Positions 28,997 through 39,554 of a DNA stretch of 64,000 nucleotides are shown here, one piece after another; positions within the stretch are counted from its first letter, which is position 1; every line of letters begins with the position of its first letter. This DNA comes from an uncultured Rikenella sp. (GTDB lineage: Bacteria > Bacteroidota > Bacteroidia > Bacteroidales > VadinHA17). Position numbers and translations under genes: made by a program. Location: positions 63,483 through 127,482 of the forward strand of contig CAYVYM010000001.1 of NCBI GenBank assembly GCA_964455705.1, given 5' to 3'. The notes below the pieces were generated by a model. It was not told where the DNA came from, ran no database searches, and saw only the letters and a program-made list of their open reading frames with translations.

Positions 28997-31900
28997 CTAG
29001 AATTGAATGTTCAAACCTAATGAGTAGGTACGTGGCATCGGGAAACGGCCTGCATCCAAACCGGTATAGAGAACACTTCCCTGTCCTGCCTCAGGATCAC
29101 CATATTTGTTGTAACTTGAAATGGTGAGCAGGTTTTGGATAGAGAAGTTAACGCGTGCAGCCTCAAGGCGAATTCTCTGCAACAGATCCCTGTCAAGATT
29201 ATAACCAATTTGAATATTACTGATTTTGAGGTAATCACCTTTTTTAACCCATTTGTCAGAACCACGCATGTTGTAATTCAAATCGAGGAATGACAATCTC
29301 GACATGGTGGTGCTCTGATTTTCCTGAGTCCAGGCGGTCTGTGCAACCTCATTCAGGACATTGGGAGTAGTACCATTATCACTCGGGAACATGTTGGATA
29401 ATACCATTGCGGAGTATGAATAGATTTGTGCTCCCATTACGCCATAGGAATAAATTGAAAAATCCCAATTCTTATAAGAAGTGGTTAAGGTCAAGCCGTA
29501 GTTTAACTTAGGGAATCCATTGCCTAAGATGGTCATATCCTGATCACTCAGAAATCCATCTCCATTAAGGTCTTTGAACTTGAAATCACCGGGAACGGTG
29601 TTTGACCCATTATTGTATCCGCCAGGGTGACCTGCAGCTATAGCTGCATCGTTGGCAGCATCTATTTCGGCCTGATTCTGGTATATACCTTCAACTATGT
29701 ATCCCCAGAAAGAACCTACAGCATAACCTTCGCGACAAATTGAATGACCGTTCCAGTGCGTGCCTGCCGGAGCACCGATGGGACCAATGTTGGAACCATC
29801 ACCGGTAGCAGCTGTGTTTTCACTGAACAAATCAGCCCCCATTTTTAAGACTCTGTTTTTCAGACTTGAACCCGTTAATGTGGCACCGACATTCCAGTCC
29901 TGATTAACTTGCTTCCGGTAGTTTATGCTGAATTCAATGCCTTTATTCTCAATTTCACCATAGTTTGTATATACCTGGGTGTAACCCGATGAGGGACGTA
30001 TTGACTGGTACAACAATAAATCCTTGGATTTCCGGATGAAATAATCTACAGTAACATTCAATGTACTCTGCAGTAAACCCAGGTCAAGACCTACGTTAGT
30101 TTGTTCATTGGTTTCCCATTTCAATCTGGGATCAGTTAATGTAGGAGCATAGCCGGTGGCTAATTGCCTTGAAGTATTCATACCAGCCTGGCCATTCTGT
30201 CCATAAAAGAAGTATTGAATTTTATCTGAAGTCAATGCTGTGACAGAGAGGTCTGTCGGACCACCTGAGTTACCTGTCTGCCCCCAACCTAAACGAAGTT
30301 TCAGATTACTTATAGTCGGACTGTTTTTCATGAAATCCTCTTCTGAAATACGCCATGCAGCGGCAACTGACGGGAAGTTACCCCAACGGTTATCGGCACC
30401 GAAGTTGGAAGAACCATCACGACGCATAGTCGCTGTTATAATGTAACGATCCCTCAGAGAATATTGAACACGACCGAAATAAGATAATCCACGGGATTCA
30501 AGGTTATAAGCACCATCACCGCTTCTTGCAGATGGATCATTTGTCAAACCAATATCACGGATGTTATCCCCGGGGAAACCGTTTCCGGAAGCACTACTCC
30601 AGTTTCCGAAGCCTTTGGATATCGAATTCCCTGCCATTAAAGTCAAATTGTGGATATCACTCTTCCAATTGTAAGTCAAATAATTTTCGATGGCAAGATT
30701 GTTATAATTGCTATTACTGATTCCCATATAATATTTGGTATCGTAGTTATACAATACCACCTGTGTTCCGTCAGGAAAGTAACGTTTTTTGTTGCCCCAG
30801 AAATTATACCAATTGCCTGCGGAAAAATTATAAGATCCTATTGATTTGAAAGTCAAACCCTTAAACAATTCAATATTGGCATAAGCGCTGAGTAGTATCT
30901 GGTTATTTTTGGATACACCGGTATTTTCCATCTGTTCAGCATACAGGTTGTTTCCCAGATTTGCATCGTTTGAACCTACATCACCTTGCATTGGAGCACC
31001 AAAAGTTCCGTCCGGGTTTATAACGTTTGGACTTACAATCTGGTTAGTAACCGGATCTACATAATCCATGGTGGGAGCTGTGAAAGCCCAGTCGCGGAGA
31101 GAAGAAAGGTTTCCGTTATTGCCGAGACCGGCATTACTGCCTTGTGATTCTGTGTGAAAGAAATTGAGGTCACCACCGATCTCAAGGAATTCAGTCACTT
31201 TGGTAGTTACATTTGCACGGCCGGTCAACCGCTTGTAATTTGAATTAACAACAATACCGTCATGATTCAAATAACTAATTGAGAGTAAAGACTGGGTCTT
31301 TGCAGTACCTCCTGAGGCAGAAAGATTATATTGCTGTTTATAGGCAGCGCGTGTCATTATCTTTTGCCAGTCAATGTTATTTCTTTGACCGTCATATTGC
31401 TCAGCGAAAATCTGATTAGCCAGAATTCCTCCGTCGTTAGCACGAGCCTGACGAATATTTGCCGCATACTGGTCAACATCACCAACATCCAGTGTTGAGG
31501 CTAAAGTCTGAATCCCAAAGTCTGCTGAAAAATTTATTTGTGAAGTACCTTCTGTACCGCGTTTAGTAGTAATCATGATCACACCATTAGCCCCGGCTGC
31601 ACCGTAAATAGCAGTTGCAGAAGCATCTTTCAGTATTTCAATGCTCTCTACGTCATGAGGGTTAAGAAAATTGGCATTTGTACCTACCTGTACACCATCT
31701 ACGACAAACAGCGGATTGGCGCTACCGGTGATAGTTGCAACACCACGAATACGAATGGCTGAGTTTGCATCAGGAGCACCATCCTGTGCTGTAACCATTA
31801 CACCCGCAGCCGCCCCTTTTAAACCCTGCACAATGTTTGTGGGGCTTCTCATCATCATTTCTTCGCTGGTAACTGATGAAACAGAGCCGGAGATATCGCT

Positions 31901-32350
31901 TTTCCGGGCAGTACCATAACCAACAACTACAACCTCATCAAGCGCTAAATCCGCTAAAGTCATTTGAACATCAATGGTTTCCTGCCCCTGTAACAGGACT
32001 CTTTCAACAGCATAACCAACATATGTAAAAACAAGGGTTTTAGCTGAAGCCGGAAGAACAATAGAATAACTGCCTGCTACATCAGTCAACGTACCCACTG
32101 TAGTTCCCTGAACGGATACGTTTACACCTATTAAAGGCTCATTTGTCTGAGCATCACGAACAGTACCTGTAACTCTCTGTTGTTGTGAGCCATCTGATAT
32201 TAAATTCAGATTATTTGCTGCCCTCAGGTCAACCATATTGCTCTGCAATACAATGAGGACAAAAGCAAAAAGAACTGATTTAATAATTAGTGAATGGTTT
32301 TCTATTCCTTGCCTTAATAAAGGAACAGGACTGGTTAGTTTTTCTTTCAT
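28997..32350 (-). CDS. susC: SusC/RagA family TonB-dependent transporter
   Basis: Plug motif LNPHDVESIEILKDASATAIYGAAGANGVIMITTK; RRDGSSNFG and LKWETNEQ motifs; C-terminal Phe. Confidence 0.96.
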   Translation of the reverse strand: MKEKLTSPVPLLRQGIENHSLIIKSVLFAFVLIVLQSNMVDLRAANNLNLISDGSQQQRVTGTVRDAQTNEPLIGVNVSVQGTTVGTLTDVAGSYSIVLPASAKTLVFTYVGYAVERVLLQGQETIDVQMTLADLALDEVVVVGYGTARKSDISGSVSSVTSEEMMMRSPTNIVQGLKGAAAGVMVTAQDGAPDANSAIRIRGVATITGSANPLFVVDGVQVGTNANFLNPHDVESIEILKDASATAIYGAAGANGVIMITTKRGTEGTSQINFSADFGIQTLASTLDVGDVDQYAANIRQARANDGGILANQIFAEQYDGQRNNIDWQKIMTRAAYKQQYNLSASGGTAKTQSLLSISYLNHDGIVVNSNYKRLTGRANVTTKVTEFLEIGGDLNFFHTESQGSNAGLGNNGNLSSLRDWAFTAPTMDYVDPVTNQIVSPNVINPDGTFGAPMQGDVGSNDANLGNNLYAEQMENTGVSKNNQILLSAYANIELFKGLTFKSIGSYNFSAGNWYNFWGNKKRYFPDGTQVVLYNYDTKYYMGISNSNYNNLAIENYLTYNWKSDIHNLTLMAGNSISKGFGNWSSASGNGFPGDNIRDIGLTNDPSARSGDGAYNLESRGLSYFGRVQYSLRDRYIITATMRRDGSSNFGADNRWGNFPSVAAAWRISEEDFMKNSPTISNLKLRLGWGQTGNSGGPTDLSVTALTSDKIQYFFYGQNGQAGMNTSRQLATGYAPTLTDPRLKWETNEQTNVGLDLGLLQSTLNVTVDYFIRKSKDLLLYQSIRPSSGYTQVYTNYGEIENKGIEFSINYRKQVNQDWNVGATLTGSSLKNRVLKMGADLFSENTAATGDGSNIGPIGAPAGTHWNGHSICREGYAVGSFWGYIVEGIYQNQAEIDAANDAAIAAGHPGGYNNGSNTVPGDFKFKDLNGDGFLSDQDMTILGNGFPKLNYGLTLTTSYKNWDFSIYSYGVMGAQIYSYSAMVLSNMFPSDNGTTPNVLNEVAQTAWTQENQSTTMSRLSFLDLNYNMRGSDKWVKKGDYLKISNIQIGYNLDRDLLQRIRLEAARVNFSIQNLLTISSYNKYGDPEAGQGSVLYTGLDAGRFPMPRTYSLGLNIQF

Positions 32351-33000
32351 AGTTTAGGTTTTTATTAAAAATAGATTAATCATTTAAGGAGGAAATCTAA
32401 ATTCGCACATTACGACATGAGGATACGCATGTCCATACGGTCACTGTCAGGTTTCTTTGTGTTTCATAGGCATGATTGTAGATTTGATTATAACAGTAGT
32501 AAGTGTAAAAAAAACACCAATATAAAGTTAAAGAAAGAGTCATTACATTGACTTTTAAAAATCGGTCAAAAAGGATTAAAAATCGTTCAAATGCTTTAAA
32601 AAGTCCCTTCAGGGTACTTATTTTTAATCAGGCAGATCATAAGTCAACAGCGGTTTTATCAGCTTATTGTATGTATGACACTATTATAAATAATCGATTA
32701 TCTCAGTCCTAATGCATTTAAAATATTTACTATGAAAGAATTAGCTTTCATCACTTTCTTGCTGTTTGTCTGCCATTCATCCCGAACTCCCGGTTCATCC
32801 GGTCTTAAACATAAACTGCCGGAGGAGCACAGGTACAGGAAGCCGAACCAGAGCTTTACCTTTACTGAAGGGTGTTCTTTGGCCCCCGAAGGAAGGGTGC
32901 TGCTGTATATCTGTCCTGCGAAACAGCCATTGAACCTAAGGAATCGATTGTCTCGCATGCAACCTCCCAGCTTCATTACAGATCAGCCCAACGACAGACC
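32200..33000. repeat. Diverged segmental duplicate (copy 1) of the susC 5' end + divergent promoter + lactonase 5' end; copy 2 at about 38100-38835
   Basis: Many shared blocks, e.g. GCTGCCCTCAGGTCAA, AATAAAGGAACAGG, GGAAATCTAAATTCGC, TCAGGTTTCTTTGTGTTTCATAGGCAT, AAGTGTAAAAAAAACACC, ATAATCGATTATCT, AAAATATTTAC.ATGAAAGAATTAGCTTT. Confidence 0.9.
32557..32591. promoter_or_regulatory. Direct repeat AAAAATCG(G/T)TCAAA x2 with 21-bp period upstream of susC (candidate HTCS/AraC site)
   Basis: Copies at 32557-32570 and 32578-32591 with one mismatch. They lie just upstream of a TAACTTTA -7-like element on the minus strand. Confidence 0.45.
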
Positions 33001-33073
33001 AGCTTGTTTCTTTAACTGCAACATACGGAAGAGCAATTGCACTGCCCCTGTATCGTGCATATGTAATATGTGA
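32732..33073 (+). pseudogene. Degraded 5' fragment of an SMP-30/gluconolactonase gene (paralog of 38641-39540)
   Basis: MKELAFIT.LLFV, FTEG.S.A..GRV and F.TDQPNDR match the intact gene, but there is an internal insertion of about 24 codons and the rest of the propeller is missing. Confidence 0.82.
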
Positions 33074-33352
33074 TTTTATTTCACGGGCTGCCAGAAAAAT
33101 GTACAAGTCTGCCGTCATTCCCCGGATATGCCATGGATGTAGTCGGCGGAAGCTCCTGAGTTTTGACAAGGAGTCCACTGACAAGAAAATCAGCACAGTA
33201 AGATATTTGACGAAAGTTATCTTATTATCTGGTTTATTAATGCCTGACAAATGTCTGGTACAGGCTGAATATCCTCAATATTTGAGAATTATGCCAACTA
33301 TGTGCTTGCCGGTTCCAATGAATCTGATAGAAAAATATCACGACTGAGGTTC

Positions 33353-33388
33353 AAAAAAAAAGCATCCGCAAGTAGATGCGGATGCTTT
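33353..33388 (-). terminator. Rho-independent terminator after susD (33414-35087)
   Basis: AAAGCATCCGCA-N6-TGCGGATGCTTT stem; the A-run on + is a T-run on the minus strand. Confidence 0.82.
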
Positions 33389-33413
33389 CAAACCCAAAAA
33401 CCAAACTAAGCTA

Positions 33414-35087
33414 CTAGAAATTCGGATTTCTGTCGACCTCAGTCTGAGGTACAGGAAGAATCAGTGACTGATACCCTTGCCAGCCAGGTTTGAATTTAAC
33501 ATAGTCGGCGCCTTTTTTCCAACGTAACAAATCCTCTTTTCTCCAGCCTTCAACATATCCCTCACAATAGCGCTCGTGTTCAATGAGCTGCATCAATGTC
33601 CAGCCTTCGGTTGCCATGAGAGCCGAGGCAGTAGGTAACTGGCCGCGAACTCCCGGACGTGCACTGTAAAGATGCGGCTGATCGTTCACGGGATTATTGG
33701 CGCGGTCTCTGATCAGATCAATCCAATAGATTGCACTGTTAGGATCTGCCGGTGAGACATTGCCGGGGTTCAGCTGAGCCATACACTCAGCATAAAGCAA
33801 CATAATGTCTCCCAGACGGATAAGCCTTACATTATTATCGGACCACAACGGATCGAGACCGGTAGGAGCGTCGGCAGCATTGTCAAGGGCATATTTACGT
33901 ATACCGAGCACACCCGTTTGTCCAATGACTGATTCCTCATGCCAGCCCTGTTCCAGATAATCCTTCTCAACACCAAACTGGTCAGTGAAATGTGCACCGT
34001 TCGGGACACCCCAGAATGTCCCATAGGTTCTGTAATCGTAAACCGTGGTTGGTACACCCTCAATAGTCTCAGTCCAGCTTTCATACTCATCAAGCTTGAT
34101 ATATGGCACGGCAAAGTTCCACCACATGATGCTCCATGAAGTACGATTCAGGGTAAAGTTCTGGAACAGCCAGTTAACATCATTGTTGCTCCAGGCACCT
34201 TGTGAATTCATGTTATGAAACTGGATTTCGAAGATCGATTCGCTGTTGTTCTCCGTTGTCCGGGTAAAGTTATCCCTGAAGTTCTGGGTGAGTGAGTATG
34301 TTCCGTAAGCAGCATCTCCCACTCCCGGAAGGACTTTCTTAAACTCGACAGCAGCTTTATCGTACATACCTCTGTTCATATAAAGCTTGCCCAGAAGAGC
34401 AGCAGCCGCACCGCGTGTAGCCCTTCCTTTTTCGTAGCCTGCTGTTGTGTTGAGGCCTTGTGCCAGAAGGGTCTGAGCCTTTTTCAGATCAGACTCGATG
34501 AAGGCGATTGTGCTGTCAGCAGGAGCCGGGGCCATAATAAAATCTGCCTCACTCTGTGGTTTTGTTCTCCTGATCACAATTTTATCGTCGCCGAAGTACT
34601 GGGCTAAATTCCAATAATGAAAAGCCCTTAAAAAGTAGGCCTGTCCCATCATCAGATTTAAATCAGCCTCAGTGAAATTCGGGTCATTTGCTTCAACCTG
34701 TGCACCAGGCATTACGTCCAGGGCATTATTACATATCAGAATATTGTAATAATAATTGTTCCAGACATCTGCTACTGCACTTTGATTCGCCTGTATGTCG
34801 AAATTACTTATAGGGCCCCAGGGAGTAAAACCGGCTGCATAACCAGTCTCATAAAGGTCATCGCCCAGTACAAAATGCATTATACCTAAGAACCAGGTGT
34901 ATCCGTTGGCCCAGCCATTGAGCGTTGAATATGCTGCATTAAGAGCCTGAGCAGCATGATCTTTTGTATTATAGAAAGTATTGGGTACGTATCTTGATTT
35001 ATCAAAATCCTTTGTGATGAAATCTTCACCACAGGATGTGATAAGCAAGCATCCTATCATAAGTGCTAATATTTTGGTTTTCATCAT
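33414..35087 (-). CDS. susD: SusD/RagB family lipoprotein
   Basis: Lipobox ITSC; GQAYFLRAFHY, IRLGDIMLLYAE and LPVPQTEVDRNPN motifs. Confidence 0.93.
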   Translation of the reverse strand: MMKTKILALMIGCLLITSCGEDFITKDFDKSRYVPNTFYNTKDHAAQALNAAYSTLNGWANGYTWFLGIMHFVLGDDLYETGYAAGFTPWGPISNFDIQANQSAVADVWNNYYYNILICNNALDVMPGAQVEANDPNFTEADLNLMMGQAYFLRAFHYWNLAQYFGDDKIVIRRTKPQSEADFIMAPAPADSTIAFIESDLKKAQTLLAQGLNTTAGYEKGRATRGAAAALLGKLYMNRGMYDKAAVEFKKVLPGVGDAAYGTYSLTQNFRDNFTRTTENNSESIFEIQFHNMNSQGAWSNNDVNWLFQNFTLNRTSWSIMWWNFAVPYIKLDEYESWTETIEGVPTTVYDYRTYGTFWGVPNGAHFTDQFGVEKDYLEQGWHEESVIGQTGVLGIRKYALDNAADAPTGLDPLWSDNNVRLIRLGDIMLLYAECMAQLNPGNVSPADPNSAIYWIDLIRDRANNPVNDQPHLYSARPGVRGQLPTASALMATEGWTLMQLIEHERYCEGYVEGWRKEDLLRWKKGADYVKFKPGWQGYQSLILPVPQTEVDRNPNF

Positions 35088-35101
35088 AGTAATTTTAAGT
35101 G

Positions 35102-38100
35102 TTAAAAGTCAACCTGAACTCCCATTATTACTGTTCGGGCCTGAGGATAATACCCGTTGTCGATACCTCTTGAGGTGTTAACTGAACCTCCTGCTCCGAC
35201 AGCATTGGATCCGATTTCAGGATCGTAGAAAGGATACTTGGTAAAAGTAAGCAGATTGCGTCCGGTTACATAAACCCTGAGATTGCTTATTCTTAAAAAG
35301 TCAATCGCTGTCCTCGGGAGAGTATAACCCAGCGAAGCATTCTTCAACCTGAAGTATGCACCATCTTTGATATACCTGTCAGAAACCCACGTGATATTGT
35401 GATTGGGATCGTTACGTACGGCTCTCGGGACAGTAGCAGTTGTATTTGTGGGTGTCCAGCGGTCAAGTGCAGCGGTACCGGCGCTGAAGTTATTATGCAT
35501 GCCCTCGGTCCACATAACCAGTTCAGCAAAAATATCATTACCATGAACACCCTGGAAGAACAGCGACATGTCAAATCCCTTGTAGTCGATACTTGCTGAA
35601 ATACTGTATGTAAGAGTTGGGATCGGGTTTCCTATGAACTGGCGATCATCAGAGGTGATTAAGCCATCATCATTAAGGTCAGCCCATTTTATATCGCCTG
35701 GTTTCGCATTTGGCTGTATCAGGGTGCCATTTCTGGTATAGGCATCAATAGAAGCCTGGTCGGGGAATATTCCAAGCACATGATAGCCATAGAACGCTCC
35801 GATCTGGTGTCCTTCAGCTATCCTGGTAGCAGTACCTGGCTCAGTCGAGCCGGCATTCCATGAGGGGGCTCCTCCAAGATCGAGTACCTCATTATGCAAT
35901 GCTGTCATGTTGCCTGTAACCGCAAAATTAAAATCTCCGATGTTTTGTCTTACAGTGGTTGAAAACTCAACACCCCTGTTCAGAATTACACCTACGTTTT
36001 TGAAAATGTTACCTGATGATCCGCTTGACGGGGGAAGCGGAACGCCTACTATCATATCCTCGGTGCGCTTGTCAAAATAATCAACAGTGACTTCAAGGAG
36101 ACCTTTGAACAGGCCTAAATCAAAACCCATATCAAATTGTTTGACTGTCTCCCATGTAAGGCTGGGGTTGTTGAAACCGGTCACTGCAACTCCGGAATAT
36201 TTGTTGCCGCCGAATACGTAGTCAAGTCCTGATGACAAGCCGCTAAGATAGGAGTAAGGTCCGACAGGAGCATCGTTTCCTACAACCCCAAAGCTGGCTC
36301 TCAGTTTCAGGTTATTGATCTGCTCAATACTTTTCATGAACGCCTCATCACTTACACGCCATGCTACTGAAGCCGACGGGAAATTGCCCCATTTGTTTCC
36401 GGCTCCGAATTTTGATGAACCGTCACGCCTGAAATTGGCGGTAAACAAATATTTTCCCTTATAGGAATACATTATACGTCCCAGTACTGAGATCCGGGAG
36501 GTTTCAGTTTCATTACCAGTAACTCCGAATCCTGTCTCTGTTTTTGAGAGAACATCATTGGTCTCAGTCTGGATTGTGGTTCCATTGCCACCCAGACTAT
36601 GATATTTTGAATATTCAGAGGTATAAGCAGCCATTGCTGTCAGATCATGACTGCCGAATGCTTTCTGATATGTCATCATGTTTTCCCAGACCCAGTTATA
36701 AGTCCAGTCTGCCCTCTCACTCAGAGTAGTGTTAGCATAGTTTTTGGGGACCATATCAGTTTTAAGAACGAAATTCCTGTTCTGGTAATCAGTATTGATC
36801 AGCCCAAAAGTGCTTCTGAAAGCAAGGCCCTGAATGATCTCATATTCACCATATGCACTGGCAATTAATCTCTTATTGTAATTCATGTTTGTGGCGCGCA
36901 TCAAAGAACCTACAGGATTGCTCGCATCATGACCAACCAGAGATGCATCATAGCCAGAGTATCCTCCCAATACCAACGGATTCAGTACCGCAATATTTGA
37001 GGTAATCTTGATCATCTCTTCAATTGTTGTCCGTCCTCCGTTCGTATCTTCACTCTCATTCTCATTGTAAATGAACGCGATGTTCTCACCGAATTTGAAT
37101 TTTTTGCTTTGCCAGTTGGAGTTCATACGTAAGGAGTACCTTTTATATTTGGTGTCCAGAATGATACCATCCTGGGTAAATTGATTTGCCGAGAAATAGT
37201 AGTTACCTGCATCCGTTCCACCTGAGATATCAATATTATGCTCGGCTATGGCTCCTGTCTGGAATATTTCACTCTGCCAGTCTGTTTCCTCTCCACTATA
37301 ACCATTGGCAAGAATATCTACAGCCAGAGGAGGAGCGGTTGTACCACCTGCAGCATTATTTTCAGCAACCATTTCCGCCCACTGTTCTATGTTCAGCAGA
37401 TCAAGCTGTTTCCAGGGGGATTCCAATCCATAGTATCCGCTGTAACGAACTTTCGGTGCGCCTCTTTTACCGCCTTTTGTGGTGATAATGATAACCCCGT
37501 TGGCACCACGGGAACCGTAGATTGCGCTTGATGCGGCATCTTTCAAAACCTGCATACTCTCTACATCCTGTATATTGACAAATGCACCATCCATTGGAAT
37601 ACCGTCAACAACATACAGTGGGTCAGTTGTATTAACACTTCCCACACCGCGGATCCTGACTGTGGGCAACGTACCGGGCTGGCCCTGATTGCTTTGTACC
37701 TCAATCCCGGGGGCAAGTCCTACCAATGCGCTTGTCACGTTAGCAACAGGTGCCCGGGTAATGGCTTGTGCATCAACAACAGCTATAGCAGATGTCACAT
37801 CCTTCTTCCTCTGGGTACCGTAGCCCACAACAACGATCTCTTCAAGAGTCTCCGTGGACTCTTCCAAAGTAACATCAATAACAGTCCTGCCATTTACAGG
37901 CACGTCCAATACGGCATATCCTACAAATGAAAATTCCAGTACTGCATCAGCCCTGGGTACTGCTAACATATATTTTCCATCGATATCGGTCAGGGCACCC
38001 AGAGTTGTGCCTAAAACCTTGACGGCAACACCAGGCATGGGCTGTCCGTCTGTATCTTTCACAACACCGGTTACAGTAATCTGTTGCTGTGAATAATCTG

Positions 38101-38251
38101 AAGTGATATTCAGATCATTGGCTGCCCTCAGGTCAATCATATTGATTTGAAGAAAACTGAAGACAAAAGCGAAAAGAACTAATTTGATAATTAGTGGGTG
38201 TTTTTCTATTCCCCTTAATAAAGGAACAGGTGTGGTTAGTTTTTGTTTCAT
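35102..38251 (-). CDS. susC: SusC/RagA family TonB-dependent transporter
   Basis: Plug motif VLKDAASSAIYGSRGANGVIIITTK; RRDGSSKFG and LTWET motifs; C-terminal Phe. Confidence 0.96.
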   Translation of the reverse strand: MKQKLTTPVPLLRGIEKHPLIIKLVLFAFVFSFLQINMIDLRAANDLNITSDYSQQQITVTGVVKDTDGQPMPGVAVKVLGTTLGALTDIDGKYMLAVPRADAVLEFSFVGYAVLDVPVNGRTVIDVTLEESTETLEEIVVVGYGTQRKKDVTSAIAVVDAQAITRAPVANVTSALVGLAPGIEVQSNQGQPGTLPTVRIRGVGSVNTTDPLYVVDGIPMDGAFVNIQDVESMQVLKDAASSAIYGSRGANGVIIITTKGGKRGAPKVRYSGYYGLESPWKQLDLLNIEQWAEMVAENNAAGGTTAPPLAVDILANGYSGEETDWQSEIFQTGAIAEHNIDISGGTDAGNYYFSANQFTQDGIILDTKYKRYSLRMNSNWQSKKFKFGENIAFIYNENESEDTNGGRTTIEEMIKITSNIAVLNPLVLGGYSGYDASLVGHDASNPVGSLMRATNMNYNKRLIASAYGEYEIIQGLAFRSTFGLINTDYQNRNFVLKTDMVPKNYANTTLSERADWTYNWVWENMMTYQKAFGSHDLTAMAAYTSEYSKYHSLGGNGTTIQTETNDVLSKTETGFGVTGNETETSRISVLGRIMYSYKGKYLFTANFRRDGSSKFGAGNKWGNFPSASVAWRVSDEAFMKSIEQINNLKLRASFGVVGNDAPVGPYSYLSGLSSGLDYVFGGNKYSGVAVTGFNNPSLTWETVKQFDMGFDLGLFKGLLEVTVDYFDKRTEDMIVGVPLPPSSGSSGNIFKNVGVILNRGVEFSTTVRQNIGDFNFAVTGNMTALHNEVLDLGGAPSWNAGSTEPGTATRIAEGHQIGAFYGYHVLGIFPDQASIDAYTRNGTLIQPNAKPGDIKWADLNDDGLITSDDRQFIGNPIPTLTYSISASIDYKGFDMSLFFQGVHGNDIFAELVMWTEGMHNNFSAGTAALDRWTPTNTTATVPRAVRNDPNHNITWVSDRYIKDGAYFRLKNASLGYTLPRTAIDFLRISNLRVYVTGRNLLTFTKYPFYDPEIGSNAVGAGGSVNTSRGIDNGYYPQARTVIMGVQVDF

Positions 38252-38640
38252 AGTTTGGGTTTTTATTAGAAAACTACTTACTCGTTTAAAGTGGAAATCT
38301 AAATTCGCCCGTCAGGGCACAGGGATATGTGATATCCCACCGGATAGCGGTCAGGTTTCTTTGTGTTTCATAGGCATAATTATATATTAGGTATGAACAG
38401 CATTATAAGTGTAAAAAAAACACCTATATAAAGTTAGGTAAAGAGACATCATACCGACTTTAAGTATTCAATCAAAAAAGATCAATAAACGTTCAAATAG
38501 ATAAATATATCGCTCCATAACATATATTTATAATCAGACGGAACACTAGTCACCAGTGGACCTGTCAGAGCATTCCCTGTTTTGCGGCATTGTAACAGAT
38601 AATCGATTATCTTAGTGTTAATACAATTAAAATATTTACA

Positions 38641-39540
38641 ATGAAAGAATTAGCTTTTATCACTTGCCTGCTGTTTGTCTCTTATTCGTGCGGGGCGCAG
38701 AACCCAACAACCCTTGAAGCATTAATAGCAGAAGAAGCGCAGGTTCAAAAAGCCGGTTCAGGTTATGCCTTCACCGAAGGGCCCTCTGTAGCCCGTGACG
38801 GAAGGGTATTCTTTACCGATCAGCCCAACGACAGGATCTATGTCTGGGACGAAAAATCAGGAATAACACTGTTTAAAGAGAATTGTGAGCGGGCAAACGG
38901 CACCTGGTTCGACCATCAGGGTAACCTTCTGGCATGTGCTGATCTGCATAACCGGCTGGTAAAATTTACCCCTTTGGGAGAATTGACTGTTGTCTATGAC
39001 AAAGGCTACCGGGGAGCACATCTGAACGGGCCCAATGATCTCTGGCAGGACGCGAAAGGAGGCATTTACTTCACTGATCCCTACTATCACCGAGATTACT
39101 GGGAGAAGGGACATAAACAGGAACAGGATGTTCAGGCGGTTTATTACCTGAAACCTTCAGGTGAACTGGTCAGGGTGATTGAAGACCTCAGGCAGCCAAA
39201 CGGTATCGTGGGTACTCCTGACGGGAAGTTCCTGTTCGTGGCAGATATAATGGGAAGAGCCACTTGGAAATATACTATCAACCCCGACGGTTCATTGGAC
39301 AATAAGACCAGTTTTGCACCAGCCGGATCTGACGGAATGACAATCGACGAGCATGGCAATGTCTATCTTTGCTTTGGCAAGATACTGGTATTCAATCCGA
39401 AGGGACAGAAGATTGGTGAGATTGAACTGCCTGAAGGCCCAACCAATCTATGTTTTGGAGGGAAAAAGAGGAATATCCTCTTTATAACAACCAGAACATC
39501 GGTTTTCACCCTGAAGATGAGAGTGAAGGGAGTGGAATAA
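38641..39540 (+). CDS. SMP-30/gluconolactonase/LRE family protein (probable lipoprotein)
   Basis: FTEGP, FFTDQPND, NGPNDL, YFTDPYY, QPNGIVG, SDGMTID and NLCFGG motifs. Confidence 0.92.
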   Translation: MKELAFITCLLFVSYSCGAQNPTTLEALIAEEAQVQKAGSGYAFTEGPSVARDGRVFFTDQPNDRIYVWDEKSGITLFKENCERANGTWFDHQGNLLACADLHNRLVKFTPLGELTVVYDKGYRGAHLNGPNDLWQDAKGGIYFTDPYYHRDYWEKGHKQEQDVQAVYYLKPSGELVRVIEDLRQPNGIVGTPDGKFLFVADIMGRATWKYTINPDGSLDNKTSFAPAGSDGMTIDEHGNVYLCFGKILVFNPKGQKIGEIELPEGPTNLCFGGKKRNILFITTRTSVFTLKMRVKGVE

Positions 39541-39554
39541 CAGTATCTTATCGA

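Noticed and set aside
32936-33347. ORFs or ncRNA between the lactonase pseudogene and the susD terminator
   Set aside because: No recognisable protein motif or RNA family; probably decayed sequence, although I cannot exclude an sRNA.
28997-38251. Invertase-driven susC shufflon
   Set aside because: The two susC genes are in direct orientation, and I found no recombinase gene or inverted crossover repeats in the window.
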